This document shows, piece by piece, positions 9,278 through 19,723 of a DNA stretch of 64,000 nt. The notes beneath the pieces were generated by a model. That model was not told the DNA's origin. It did not search any database and worked only from the letters and a program-made list of their open reading frames with translations. The DNA lies in the NCBI GenBank assembly GCA_963850355.1, contig CAWKKP010000003.1:394660-458659 (forward strand), in the 5' to 3' direction. The position numbers were made by a program, and so were the translations under genes. Position 1 is the first letter of the stretch. Each line of letters begins with the position of its first letter. The stretch is from an uncultured Alphaproteobacteria bacterium (GTDB lineage: Bacteria > Pseudomonadota > Alphaproteobacteria > Rhizobiales > Aestuariivirgaceae).

Positions 9278-10348
9278 ATGTCTTCCGTGAAACCCGGCGT
9301 CCCCGTCTCATTTGACAAGGTGCAAAAATCCTTCGGCAACGTGCGTGTGCTAGAGGAGTTTGATCTGAGCGTGAAGCCGGGCGAATTCCTTGTTCTGTTG
9401 GGCGCGTCGGGCTCAGGTAAAACCACGGCCCTCCGCATTCTGTCTGGCTTGGAACAAGCCACGTCAGGCCGCGTCAGTATTGGCGACCGTGATGTGACCG
9501 ACGTCTTGCCGAAGTATCGTGACATCTCCATGGTGTTCCAGTCCTATGCGCTTTACCCACACAAAACCGTGGGTGAAAACATCGGCTTCCCGCTGAAAGT
9601 GCGCAAGGTCAATCCGGCTGAAATGGACGTGGCGATCCGTGAAGCCGCAGCTCAAGTTGAGCTGGAGCAATTGCTGCATCGTTACCCCCGTGAGTTATCG
9701 GGCGGTCAACGGCAACGTGTCGCCTTGGCCCGCGCAATCATCCGTCGCCCTTCAGTGTTTTTGATGGACGAACCGCTGTCAAACCTTGATGCAAAACTGC
9801 GTGGCCATATGCGCGCTGAACTCAAACACATGCAGCAGTCGCTTGGCATCACGACAATCTATGTTACGCATGATCAGATTGAAGCCATGACACTGGCCCA
9901 CCGTGTGGCCATTCTCGAAAAAGGTGTACTGCAACAACTCGCCTCACCTTCCGAAATTTATAACGACCCCGCCAATTTGTTTGTGGCTCAGTTCATTGGT
10001 TCACCGCCCATGAACATCATCAAAGGTGAATTGGAAGGCGACAGCTTCACGGCCCATGGCAGCACTGTGAAAGTCCCGGTAAAGGGGCGTGTTGCCAAAG
10101 CCGTGTTGGGTGTCCGCCCGGAAGATTGTGAAATCACATCCGTAGCCAAAGGCGCATTGAAAGGCGAAATATTCACCACCGAATTGATTGGTGACCACAC
10201 TCTCGTTACTCTGAAATTGGGTCAAGACTTCGTAGTGGTAAAAGCCGCTAAGGACTTCACGGCCAAACGTGGCGAGGCCATTGGCGTTACATTTGCCAAA
10301 ACTGCATCATATGTCTTCGAGGCCGAGTCTGGTAAGAGACTGCGCTAA
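9278..10348 (+). CDS. Sugar ABC transporter ATP-binding protein (MalK-like)
   Basis: Walker A GASGSGKT, VFQSYALYPH, LSGGQRQR, LMDEP, VTHDQ and a C-terminal TOBE region. Confidence 0.95.
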   Translation: MSSVKPGVPVSFDKVQKSFGNVRVLEEFDLSVKPGEFLVLLGASGSGKTTALRILSGLEQATSGRVSIGDRDVTDVLPKYRDISMVFQSYALYPHKTVGENIGFPLKVRKVNPAEMDVAIREAAAQVELEQLLHRYPRELSGGQRQRVALARAIIRRPSVFLMDEPLSNLDAKLRGHMRAELKHMQQSLGITTIYVTHDQIEAMTLAHRVAILEKGVLQQLASPSEIYNDPANLFVAQFIGSPPMNIIKGELEGDSFTAHGSTVKVPVKGRVAKAVLGVRPEDCEITSVAKGALKGEIFTTELIGDHTLVTLKLGQDFVVVKAAKDFTAKRGEAIGVTFAKTASYVFEAESGKRLR

Positions 10349-10374
10349 ACTATCCTCATTCAAAGTTGAAATTC

Positions 10375-11796
10375 ATGTCGCAAGCAGAAATCGGATTAAT
10401 TGGCCTTGGAGTCATGGGGGCCAATCTGGCGCTCAACATTGCTGAGAAGGGCTTCACCATAGCAGTCTACAACCGCACCTGGTCGACGACTGAAAAATTC
10501 ATCGCTGAAGCTGGAGCGCTAAGACCGAAGATTATTGCCTTTCGTACGCTTGCTGAACTCGCGGCAGCCATTCGTCCACCGCGCCCTGTCATCATCATGG
10601 TCAAAGCCGGTGACGCTGTTGACGAGCAGATTGCAAATCTTTGTGAAGTTCTGGATCGCAACGACATCATCATTGACGCCGGCAACGCCAATTTCCATGA
10701 CACCATCAGGCGCGACAAAGATTTGGCACAGACGGGCCTCACCTTTATCGGCATGGGTGTGTCGGGCGGTGAAGAGGGCGCACGCCACGGCCCATCCATC
10801 ATGGTGGGTGGTTTGGAGGCATCCTACCAACGCGTCGAAAAAGTGCTGAATGCCATCGCGGCCAAATACAAGAAGCAGTCCTGCTGCGCATGGATGGGGC
10901 CTGACGGTGCGGGACACTTTGTCAAAACCGTTCACAACGGCATTGAATATGCAGACATGCAAATGATTGCTGAAATCTATGGCGTGATGCGCGATGGCCT
11001 CGGCATGAAGGCAGCAGATATTTCCAAAGTATTCGCCAAATGGAACGAGGGCAAACTCAATTCATACTTGATTGAAATCACTGCGAAGGTTTTGGCAAAG
11101 GTTGATGCCAAAACCAAAAAACCACTGGTCGACATCATCGTGGACCGCGCTGGCCAAAAAGGCACAGGCAAGTGGTCCGTCATCGAAGCACAAATGATGG
11201 GTGTTCCCGCCACAACACTCGAAGCTGCAGTGGCAGCGCGCATATTGTCGTCCATGAAAGACGAACGCGGCGTTGCCGAAACAACTTACAAAATACCTCG
11301 TAAAAAGCTTACCGTTTCCTCACGCGCGGCCATACTGCGCCAACTTAAATCGGCGCTCTACGCCGGGAAGATCGCTGCCTATGCACAAGGCTTTGAAATG
11401 ATGCAGCAGGCATCCATAGATCGTAATTGGAATTTGCCGCTTGGCACAATCGCCAGCATTTGGCGTGAAGGCTGTATCATCAGGTCGCAGTTTCTCGATC
11501 TGATCACTTCATCATTCAGAAAGAGCAGTGGTAAAGGCAACTTGCTGCTCTTCCCTGACTTTTCGAAAATGATGAAAGCCAATCATGTGGCACTCAGAAA
11601 AACAGTTGCTGAAGCGGCAATGGCAGGACTGCCAATGCCTGCCTTATCATCTGCACTGAATTACTTCGACGCTTACAGACAAGCGCGCGGCACCGCAAAC
11701 CTCATTCAAGGCCAGCGTGATTTTTTTGGCGCACATGGCTTTGAACGCACTGGTGAGTCAGGTGAACACCACGGCAACTGGTCATCAAAAGATTAA
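10375..11796 (+). CDS. gnd: 6-phosphogluconate dehydrogenase, NADP-dependent, decarboxylating
   Basis: GLIGLGVMG, YNRT, VSGGEEGA, GHFVKTVHNGIEY, GQKGTGKW and QRDFFGAH motifs. Confidence 0.96.
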   Translation: MSQAEIGLIGLGVMGANLALNIAEKGFTIAVYNRTWSTTEKFIAEAGALRPKIIAFRTLAELAAAIRPPRPVIIMVKAGDAVDEQIANLCEVLDRNDIIIDAGNANFHDTIRRDKDLAQTGLTFIGMGVSGGEEGARHGPSIMVGGLEASYQRVEKVLNAIAAKYKKQSCCAWMGPDGAGHFVKTVHNGIEYADMQMIAEIYGVMRDGLGMKAADISKVFAKWNEGKLNSYLIEITAKVLAKVDAKTKKPLVDIIVDRAGQKGTGKWSVIEAQMMGVPATTLEAAVAARILSSMKDERGVAETTYKIPRKKLTVSSRAAILRQLKSALYAGKIAAYAQGFEMMQQASIDRNWNLPLGTIASIWREGCIIRSQFLDLITSSFRKSSGKGNLLLFPDFSKMMKANHVALRKTVAEAAMAGLPMPALSSALNYFDAYRQARGTANLIQGQRDFFGAHGFERTGESGEHHGNWSSKD

Positions 11797-11804
11797 ACCG
11801 ACAT

Positions 11805-12867
11805 TCAATTGATCCGCAGACCTTCAGCATCAAACACATGAAGCTGTGACGGATTTATAGCCACAGCACACTTCACCACCCTCACCACGTGGTGGTTCGC
11901 CCCGCACCTCGACAACCAACATTTGATTGTCTGGCAATCGCACATGGGCATATCCAGTCTCACCAAGCCGCTCAATAATATCAATCGTTCCCGCAATGCC
12001 CTTGTCCGACAAACTCAGATGTTCAGGCCTGCAGCCCACCTTCAACTTATCGCCGACTTTAACGCGGGCAGGCAAATTGACCTTGATGGCAAACCCATTA
12101 CCGACTTCCAATGTATTCTTGCCCTTAACAATCGCAGGCAAAATGTTCATGGCGGGAGAGCCGATGAACTGCGCCACAAACAAATTTGCAGGCTTGTAGT
12201 AAAGCTCCAGCGGTTTTCCAGTTTGTTCGATGCGGCCTTGATTCATCACGACAATGACATCAGCCAGGGTCATCGCTTCCACTTGGTCGTGCGTCACATA
12301 AAGTATGGTGGCCTTTAACAGCTTATGCAGTTTTGCAATCTCAACGCGCGTGTTAATGCGAAGCGCGGCGTCCAAGTTGGACAGCGGCTCATCAAACAAA
12401 AACACTTTGGGTTTGCGAACAATTGCACGACCAATGGCAACCCGTTGGCGCTGGCCACCTGAAAGTTCCTTGGGCCTGCGTTTGAGGAGGGAGTCGAGCT
12501 GCAAAATACGAGACGCTTCCGCCACACGCCTTGCAATTTCGTCCTTTGGCGTACCTGCAAATTTCAATCCGAAGGCCATGTTGTTTTCAACATTCATATG
12601 GGGATAAAGCGCATAGGACTGAAACACCATGGCGATTTCCCGCTGTGCCGGTGCAAGATCACTGACAGTGCGATGATCAATCGAAATGCTGCCACCGCCA
12701 ATAGGTTCGAGCCCCGCGACTGCGCGCAGCAGTGTAGACTTCCCGCAGCCCGATGGCCCCACGAGCACCACAAACGACCCGTCGGCCACCGTCAAATTGA
12801 TATCATTCAACACATCAACGGTACCGTAAGACTTGTGCAGTTTGGTGATTTCAACACTGGCCATCAT
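11805..12867 (-). CDS. Sugar ABC transporter ATP-binding protein (frameshift near 11880)
   Basis: GPSGCGKS, LSGGQRQR, LFDEP and VTHDQ. The typical C-terminus AVAINPSQLHVFDAEGLRIN is in the adjacent frame ending at 11805, 8 nt from the gnd stop. Confidence 0.9.
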
Positions 12868-12871
12868 GCAC

Positions 12872-13702
12872 TCATTTCACGGCACCCGACGTTAAACCGC
12901 GGATGAGTTGGCGGGAGAAAATAACATAAAGGATCAAGACCGGGATGATGGCCGTCGAAAGTGCAGCGAGCACGGCATTCCAATCCGTAATATATTGACC
13001 AAGAAATTGCTGCACGCCCAAGGTGATGGTTTGTTTGCCGCCGGTTGGTGCCAAAAGCAGCGGGAACCACAAATCATTCCACACGGGGATCATCGTAAAC
13101 ACAGCCACAGTCGCCATGGCCGGGCGCAACAGCGGCAGGATGATAAAAAAGAAAATGTTATACTCCGAAAGCCCATCGCAGCGCCCTGCCTCGCGCAAAT
13201 CCCTTGGAATCTGCTGAATGAATTCTGACAGGATAAACACTGCCAAAGGCAAATTTTGCGCCACATACACCATCACCAACGCAGTGAGTGTATTGATCAA
13301 GTTCAACTCTGACACCATTTGAATGATAGACACAGACCCCAAACGTATCGGCACCATGATACCGAGAGACAAGAAACACCGCAAGCAAGGTGTTCCATTT
13401 GAACTTATACTCGGTCAAGTGCCCATGCAGCCATGGCACCTAACAAAAGCGTTACAAAAATTGTGCCCAACCGTCACCACAATCGAATTGAGGTAATAGG
13501 TACCAATCGCCCCATCGCCGAACACTTTGTAATAGCCAATCAGATCGACGTTCGAAGGCATAGGCGGTTGCAGTGGCGTGTTAAAAATTGCCCGCTTTGC
13601 CTTGAAGGAATTCATAATCACGAGAATGATTGGAAACAGTGCGAGTGCTGTATAGAGGCCCAAGATGGCGTGCACAAAAAAGGATGACACAGGCTTCCGC
13701 AT
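12872..13702 (-). CDS. Carbohydrate ABC transporter permease (three 1-base insertions at ~13467, 13418, 13375)
   Basis: Pieces 13415..13702, 13158..13439 and 12872..13384 join as ..VVTVGTIFVTLLLGAMAAWALTEYKFKWNTLLAVFLSLGIMVPIRL..; EAGRCDG EAA loop and WNDLWFP. Confidence 0.86.
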
Positions 13703-14670
13703 CAGAATGAATACCTCTGCATGCGCCGCTGGATCAAAAAGAGATAAACCATCAACCCGCAGAGAATAATCAGCAACATCATGGTCGCAATAGTAGCACC
13801 CATTGATACATCACCGATTTGTAACTGATTGCCAAAGAACACGCGATAAAACAGCGTACCCATAATATCAGCTGAATAATTGGGTCCCGCCAACGCGCCC
13901 TTCATTGCATAGATCAGATCAAAAGCGTTGAAATTGTTGACGAAGGTCAGCACTGAAACAAGACCTATGGTCGGCCAGATCAACGGCAGCTTCACATAGA
14001 CGAAAGCCTGGAACTGGTTCAATCCGTCCACAGTAGCCGCATCGATCAGCTCATCGGGAATGGCGAGCAAGGCTGTGTAAATCAAGATCATGGGGATACC
14101 CACAAACTGCCACACGGAAATCAATGAAATCGTGAGCAACGCCGTAGACTCTTGTCCAAGCCAGGGCGCGAACAGTGAACCCAGCCCTACGGACTTCAAC
14201 AGTATTTTTGAAATCCCCCACAGCGGCGAAAGTATCAGCTGCCATGAAAAGCCGATCACAACCACGGACAACATCGTCGGCATAAAAATCAGAGTGCGGT
14301 AGGCAGCGCGAAAACGCAGCACAGGCAAACTTAGCAACGCCGCCAACACGAGGCCAATGGGGTTCTGCACAAGCATATGAATGAGGAAGAATTTGCAGTT
14401 GTTCCAAAAAGCATTCCAAAATGGCGCGGACCAAGTGGGGTCTGTCAGCAACGTTTTGAAATTCTGAATTCCAACATAAACCAAAGAGGCGTCGTCTTGC
14501 TTTTGGTAGAATGAAGAAATAATCGTGTCGATCAAAGGATAGATCGAGAACGCGGTGTAAATTAAAATGGCAGGCGCTAAGAAAAACAACAACACACGCG
14601 CATAGGCCATTTGCGTCATACCGACGAGGCCGCTTTGCATCTTTCTGCTGTGTTGATTTTCCATTGCCAC
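13702..14670 (-). CDS. Carbohydrate ABC transporter permease
   Basis: FLAPAILIY N-terminus, DAATVDG EAA loop, FNAFDLIY and several TM helices. Confidence 0.92.
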   Translation of the reverse strand: MAMENQHSRKMQSGLVGMTQMAYARVLLFFLAPAILIYTAFSIYPLIDTIISSFYQKQDDASLVYVGIQNFKTLLTDPTWSAPFWNAFWNNCKFFLIHMLVQNPIGLVLAALLSLPVLRFRAAYRTLIFMPTMLSVVVIGFSWQLILSPLWGISKILLKSVGLGSLFAPWLGQESTALLTISLISVWQFVGIPMILIYTALLAIPDELIDAATVDGLNQFQAFVYVKLPLIWPTIGLVSVLTFVNNFNAFDLIYAMKGALAGPNYSADIMGTLFYRVFFGNQLQIGDVSMGATIATMMLLIILCGLMVYLFLIQRRMQRYSF

Positions 14671-14680
14671 CTAAACAAGA

Positions 14681-14713
14681 AGAGGGGGAAGGTTATGATC
14701 CTCCACCCCATCT
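14681..14713 (-). terminator. Imperfect hairpin between SBP and permease (likely mRNA stabiliser)
   Basis: Minus strand AGATGGGGTGGAGG-ATCATAA-CCTTCCCCCTCT. Confidence 0.4.
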
Positions 14714-14731
14714 ATCATGTCGTTTCAGGGT

Positions 14732-15986
14732 TTATTTCTGTTGTGGTGCATACCACTTCTTGAGTCCGTCCTGCAGTTGGGCCGCAGCAGCATCAGGCGT
14801 GAGTGTGCCATTCAGCACTTGCGCTGAAACGTTCCACATTTCATTTTCAAGATTTGGCGTACCACGCGACAGAATTTGATAGCTGTTGCGTATCGTTGAC
14901 TTACAGGTGCCGCGCCAGTTGATGAACTCTTGCGCCACGTCATCTGTCAACGTCACTTTGCCGTTCGAAAGCGGGAAGAATCCTGGCAGAGCATTGGCAA
15001 AGATATTGGCAAATTCCTCAGAACCAACCCAGTCAAGGAACTTCTTGGCTTCTTCTGAGTTTCCGGACTTCGCATTGAGGCCAATGCCAATATCCGTATG
15101 GTCTGAAATATAACAATCAGAGCCCGCAGGGGGTGGTGCTTTGAAGGCCCCCATATTGACCTTCTGTCCGCGGAACGTCGAAATATCCCATGAACCCGCC
15201 GCATAAATCGCACCCTTGCCAAGGCCAAACAAGTTTTGGCTGTCAGGGTAAGTCTGCGCCTTAAAGCCATCCCCCATATAAGGCGACCACTTGGCCAGAG
15301 CTGCGAAAGTGTCGACATAGGGCTTGTCAGTCAGTTTGGCAGTGCCGTCGATCAGACCTTTGCGGCCTTCTTCACCTTTCCAATAATTGGGTCCAATGTT
15401 CTGGAAGCCCATGGTAGCCGCTTCCCACTGGTCATTGGTGCCCATGACGAGTGGCGTATATGTGCCATTGGCTTTTAACTTTTCCAGTACGCCCAAGAAT
15501 TCTTCTTCCGTCTTCGGTGGCTCAACGCCGACTTCTTTGAAGATGTCTTTGTTGTAGATGAAACCATGGATAACTGATGCCATGGGCACACAGAACGTGC
15601 TTTTGCCGTCGTCTGTTGTCCACGCGCTCTTCGCAACATCGGAGAAGTTTGCCATTGATGCGAGATCATTCAAAGCAGCAAGGTGGCCCTTGTTAAAAAG
15701 TTCCAGCGAAGCATCAAAAGGTCTGACACGTAATAATATCGCCAGCCGTGCCACCTTCAAGCCGAGCATTCAAAGCGGCGTTATATTCTTTCGGCGCAGT
15801 CGGAGTGAATTCAACCTGGATATCAGGATATTTCGCGTTGAAAGCCGGAATGAGTTTTTCCTTCCAAATGGCCGCATCGTCGTTGCGCCAGCTTTCAATC
15901 GTGAGTTTTCCGGCCAGCGCAGCACTTGCCATCGCGGTTGTGGCGACAGCTGCGAGCAGCATTGTCTTCAGAGTGTTTTGTAACAT
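14732..15986 (-). CDS. ABC transporter substrate-binding protein, amino-sugar locus (frameshift near 15726)
   Basis: Signal peptide in 15714..15986. Removing one base joins ..GTAGDIITCRPFDASLEL.. to 14732..15769, giving ~417 aa with FIYNKD. Confidence 0.88.
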
Positions 15987-16032
15987 GGTTTTACGTCTCC
16001 TCCTGTTGAAGAGGTACAGGCTACACCCATGT

Positions 16033-16923
16033 TTAAATCTTCGACAAGGCCAGTCTTAAGTTTCCTTTTGTGGCAGCCAGTAATTTTTGCGCCGCAGCAA
16101 AGTCAGCAACTCCCCTACAGAGTAACACTGCGGGCTTAATCTCATTGCCCGTGGCCTTCAGGGCTGCGGAAGCAGTCACTTCGGAAACCGCCGCAATCTT
16201 CATCACAATCTTCCGCGCCCGCAATGCAAGTTTATCATTGCCCGATTGCACATTCACCATCAACCCATCATGAACCGCACCCAGCCGTGTAAAGGCGAGA
16301 GTGGAGATCAGATTGAGAGTGGCTTTCTGCGCCGTTCCAGCCCCCATGCGCGTCGAACCGGAGATCACTTCGGCCCCAGTGTCAATGAACACTTCAAGAT
16401 CAGCCGCAGCGCCAAGCGGTGAACCGGCATTGTTAACGACAGAAATGACAGCACAGCCATTGGCGCGCGCCTGTTGCGCCGCTGCAATGGTGTAGGGCGT
16501 ACGGCCTGATGCTGCGATTGCGATCAGCACGTCTTTATCAGTGCAAGCTTGAGCAGCCAAACGACCAGCGGCTTCATCATCCTCTGCATCCGCAAGCGTT
16601 TCAAACATCGCGGCGCGACCACCGGCGATAAGATATTCAAGTTTCTCGTCGTCCATGCCAAAAGTTGCTGGCAATTCCGTGCCGTCTTGCGTGCCAACCC
16701 GGATAGAGGTTCCAGCGCCTGCGTAGAAAAGTTTTCCACCATTTCCAATACGTTCGGCAACCACGTTGGCGGCGCCTGCAATCGCGGGCAGGGACCTTTC
16801 AACTGCATCGAGTGCGCGGCGCTGGCCAGCCAGCAGAGTTGTAAGAATGCGCTGGTCGTCCCACGCGTCAAATCCAGACAGGTCTGGAAGGCTGGATTCG
16901 GTTGAAGTCGGTACAAAAGCCAT
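16033..16923 (-). CDS. murQ: N-acetylmuramic acid 6-phosphate etherase
   Basis: TE near the N-terminus, YAGAGTSIR, DGTELPATFG, AEDD, IAASGRTPY, GAEVISGSTRMGAGTAQK and MVNVQSGNDKL match the MurQ family. Confidence 0.88.
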   Translation of the reverse strand: MAFVPTSTESSLPDLSGFDAWDDQRILTTLLAGQRRALDAVERSLPAIAGAANVVAERIGNGGKLFYAGAGTSIRVGTQDGTELPATFGMDDEKLEYLIAGGRAAMFETLADAEDDEAAGRLAAQACTDKDVLIAIAASGRTPYTIAAAQQARANGCAVISVVNNAGSPLGAAADLEVFIDTGAEVISGSTRMGAGTAQKATLNLISTLAFTRLGAVHDGLMVNVQSGNDKLALRARKIVMKIAAVSEVTASAALKATGNEIKPAVLLCRGVADFAAAQKLLAATKGNLRLALSKI

Positions 16924-16931
16924 AGCAAATC

Positions 16932-16938
16932 AATACCA
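16932..16938 (-). promoter_or_regulatory. TGGTATT half-site upstream of murQ (candidate NagQ-type site)
   Basis: Plus strand AATACCA is the reverse complement of TGGTATT and lies 9 nt upstream of the murQ start. Confidence 0.5.
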
Positions 16939-17043
16939 AATCAGCACCGCTTGTCCAGTCAAAATGCAAACTCAGCCAATTTCAACCAATTTAATGCAAG
17001 TATTTCAGCGTGTTAAATATGATTAAAATTGCGCTTTCCAATA

Positions 17044-17061
17044 TGGTATTGTTTTGGTATT
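17044..17061 (+). promoter_or_regulatory. TGGTATT-N4-TGGTATT direct repeat (candidate NagQ-type operator)
   Basis: Exact 7-bp direct repeat with 11-bp period just upstream of the kinase ATG at 17071, next to a GntR/HutC gene. Confidence 0.65.
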
Positions 17062-17070
17062 GTTGTGAGC

Positions 17071-17955
17071 ATGACCACTTCACGTGAGTATTTTTTGGGC
17101 ATTGATGGCGGCGGTTCGAAATGCCGTGCGCGTATCCGAGACGTCCAAGGCGGTTTGCTGGGCGAAGCCATCGGCGGGGCGTCCAATATTTATCAGGACT
17201 TCAAAGGTTCGATTGCCAACATTGTGGCGGCCGCAACTGAAGCCGCCAAACATGCGCAAGTTAATGTGTCGGAACTGCATGCCGGCTTGGGCTTGGCGGG
17301 GATCGTAACGTCTGTTGGCGCTGATAAAATCCAATCTGCGCATCTGCCCTTTGCTTCCGTAACTGCAGACAATGATGCATTCGTCGCTTGCGTTGGTGCC
17401 TTCAGTGGTGAAAACGGCGGGATCGTCATCGCGGGCACCGGCTCCATTGGTTTGGGGATTGTCGACGGACAACGTCACATGGTCGGCGGTTGGGGTTTTC
17501 AACTGGGCGATCATGGCTCTGGCGCTTGGCTCGGCCACCACGCCGTGCGCCGCGCCGCACTGGCCCTCGATGGTTTGTTACAACCAACGGCACTCATTGA
17601 CGCCGTGCTAAAAAAATCAGGTGAGACGCGGCAATCACTCTCGCGCTGGTCAGAAGGAGCTACGCCCAAAGACTACGCGGCATTCGCACCCCTCGTATTT
17701 GAGCATGCCGCGAAAGCTGACGTGCAAGGCATGACGATTGTGATTGAAGGTGCTGCAGCAATTTCAAAACTCGGTCACGCCCTCTTGGTGCGCGGCGCGA
17801 AACGTCTTTGCCTCATGGGTGGACTGTCACAAGTCTACCCTCCCTACTTGGACGCCGACGTGCGCGCTGCATTGGTGCAGCCGCAAGCCGATGCAATGGA
17901 TGGTGCAATTATGCTGGCGCGAAAAGCCCAAGGCTTGCCGGAGCGGTGGTCATGA
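17071..17955 (+). CDS. BadF/BadG/BcrA/BcrD-family sugar kinase (GlcNAc/MurNAc kinase)
   Basis: GIDGGGSKCR, DNDAFVAC, IAGTGS and GGWGFQLGDHGSG motifs; nag gene context. Confidence 0.88.
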   Translation: MTTSREYFLGIDGGGSKCRARIRDVQGGLLGEAIGGASNIYQDFKGSIANIVAAATEAAKHAQVNVSELHAGLGLAGIVTSVGADKIQSAHLPFASVTADNDAFVACVGAFSGENGGIVIAGTGSIGLGIVDGQRHMVGGWGFQLGDHGSGAWLGHHAVRRAALALDGLLQPTALIDAVLKKSGETRQSLSRWSEGATPKDYAAFAPLVFEHAAKADVQGMTIVIEGAAAISKLGHALLVRGAKRLCLMGGLSQVYPPYLDADVRAALVQPQADAMDGAIMLARKAQGLPERWS

Positions 17956-18722
17956 CAACGGCGCGACGCATTTTTGCGCAACACGGCTTTGACGCAAAAG
18001 AAAGCGCACCACTATATGTGCGCCTGAAAGCCTTGGTACATAATGCAATTGCGCAAGGTGAACTAAAACCAGGAGATGCTGTGCCAAGCGAGCGCGACAT
18101 TGCGGAATTGTTAGACATCAGTCGTGTTACCGTTCGCAAGGCCTTTACACAATTGGTGGGTGAAGGATTTCTCATTCAACGGCGTGGTTCCGGCACTTAT
18201 ATCAGCGAACGCACAACGCGAATTGAACAACCCTTATCGCGCCTCACAAGTTTCAGTGATGATATGAAGCTGCGCGGCTTCAAAACAGATGCTGATTGGA
18301 TAGACAGATCATCGGGACTGCCCACACCAGAAGAAGCGTTAAAACTGTCCATCTCGCCGTCTGAATATGTTTATCGCTTCCATCGCCTACGCCGTGCTGA
18401 TGGTGAACCGCTAGCGATTGAATTGGCCGTTGTGCCGCAACGGTTTCTTGATCATCCCATGTCCGTGACCCATTCGCTTTATGATGCACTGGGTGCCAAA
18501 GGTTTTCGCCCCGTACGCGCATTACAACGGCTTCATGCCACTGCACTGTCACCACAAGATGCCGGGTGGTTGGAATTACCTCAAGGCAGCCCGGCACTTT
18601 TCATTGAACGCATATCCTATTTGTCAGACGGCAGAAGTGTCGAATACACCCGCTCACACTATCGCGGTGACAGTTATGATTTCGTCGCCGAACTCACACT
18701 TGCACCGGAACAACAGCCATGA
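17952..18722 (+). CDS. GntR/HutC-subfamily transcriptional regulator (NagQ-like)
   Basis: PLYVRL..PSERDIAELLDISRVTVRKA..RRGSGTY wHTH plus UTRA domain; ATGA overlap with the kinase. Confidence 0.92.
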   Translation: MTTARRIFAQHGFDAKESAPLYVRLKALVHNAIAQGELKPGDAVPSERDIAELLDISRVTVRKAFTQLVGEGFLIQRRGSGTYISERTTRIEQPLSRLTSFSDDMKLRGFKTDADWIDRSSGLPTPEEALKLSISPSEYVYRFHRLRRADGEPLAIELAVVPQRFLDHPMSVTHSLYDALGAKGFRPVRALQRLHATALSPQDAGWLELPQGSPALFIERISYLSDGRSVEYTRSHYRGDSYDFVAELTLAPEQQP

Positions 18723-19723
18723 GCTTGATGAGCCAAGAAGCCCGAGAAGCGCCGGAAGCCGTTCAACGTTTTCTCGAAATGAATAAACTCGTTTTGAGAG
18801 AAATTGGCCAACGTCTTTCTGCAACACCGCCCACATTAGTCCTCACATCAGCACGCGGCAGTTCCGACAATGCAGCTGCATATTTAAAGTACCTGACTGA
18901 AATTGTGACAGGCACTCCCGTCGCGTCAATCGGTGCTTCGGTTGTCAGTGTCTATGGCGCAAAACTGAAAGCCCAAAATAGTTTGGCCGTAACAATTTCG
19001 CAGTCAGGAAAAAGCCCGGATATCGTGGCATTGCAACAGGCCGCGCGGCAGGCAGGTGCCTTCACAGTTGCAATCGTCAATGTCGAAAACTCTCCAGCAG
19101 CTCATGCCGCTGACCTGTGCTTGCCCTTGTATGCCGGTGTTGAGCAAAGCGTTGCCGCCACAAAGTCATTTATCGTTTCACTTGTCGCCGCCGCGTCATT
19201 GGTCGCGGCATGGTCGAAAGACGAAGTACTCTCAAGCGCCATTCAAGACTTGCCTAGGCAATTGCATGAAGCTGCTCAACTGCAATGGCCGAGTTTCGTA
19301 GATTCCGTCGCCACGAAAGGGTCGCTCTATGTCTTAGGGCGCGGTCCTTCGTTGCCCGTTGCCGCTGAAATTGCACTCAAACTCAAAGAGACATGTGCCA
19401 TCCACGCCGAGGCCTTTTCCACCGCAGAGGTCATGCACGGCCCGCTTGAACTGGTAGAGAATGGCTTCCCCATTCTCGCCTTTGCGCAGCATGATGCCGC
19501 GCGGGAAGGCACGCTGTTGGCAGTCAAGCGCATGCGCAACGCAGGCGCAAATGTGTTGGTTGCAGGTGAAGCAGCTCTACCCACCGTCTCAGCATCCCAT
19601 CCCTTGCTTGAACCCATCGTGATGGTGCAAACGGCCTACCTTGCAGTTGAACGCGTGGCCGCAGCACTAGGACGAAACCCCGATCAACCGCGGCTTCTCA
19701 AAAAAGTAACGGAGACAATGTAA
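18719..19723 (+). CDS. SIS-domain glucosamine-6-phosphate deaminase (NagB-II type)
   Basis: ARGSSDNA, ISQSGKSPD, SVAATKSF, ALKLKET and EVMHGP double SIS domain, with no glutaminase domain. Confidence 0.88.
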   Translation: MSLMSQEAREAPEAVQRFLEMNKLVLREIGQRLSATPPTLVLTSARGSSDNAAAYLKYLTEIVTGTPVASIGASVVSVYGAKLKAQNSLAVTISQSGKSPDIVALQQAARQAGAFTVAIVNVENSPAAHAADLCLPLYAGVEQSVAATKSFIVSLVAAASLVAAWSKDEVLSSAIQDLPRQLHEAAQLQWPSFVDSVATKGSLYVLGRGPSLPVAAEIALKLKETCAIHAEAFSTAEVMHGPLELVENGFPILAFAQHDAAREGTLLAVKRMRNAGANVLVAGEAALPTVSASHPLLEPIVMVQTAYLAVERVAAALGRNPDQPRLLKKVTETM

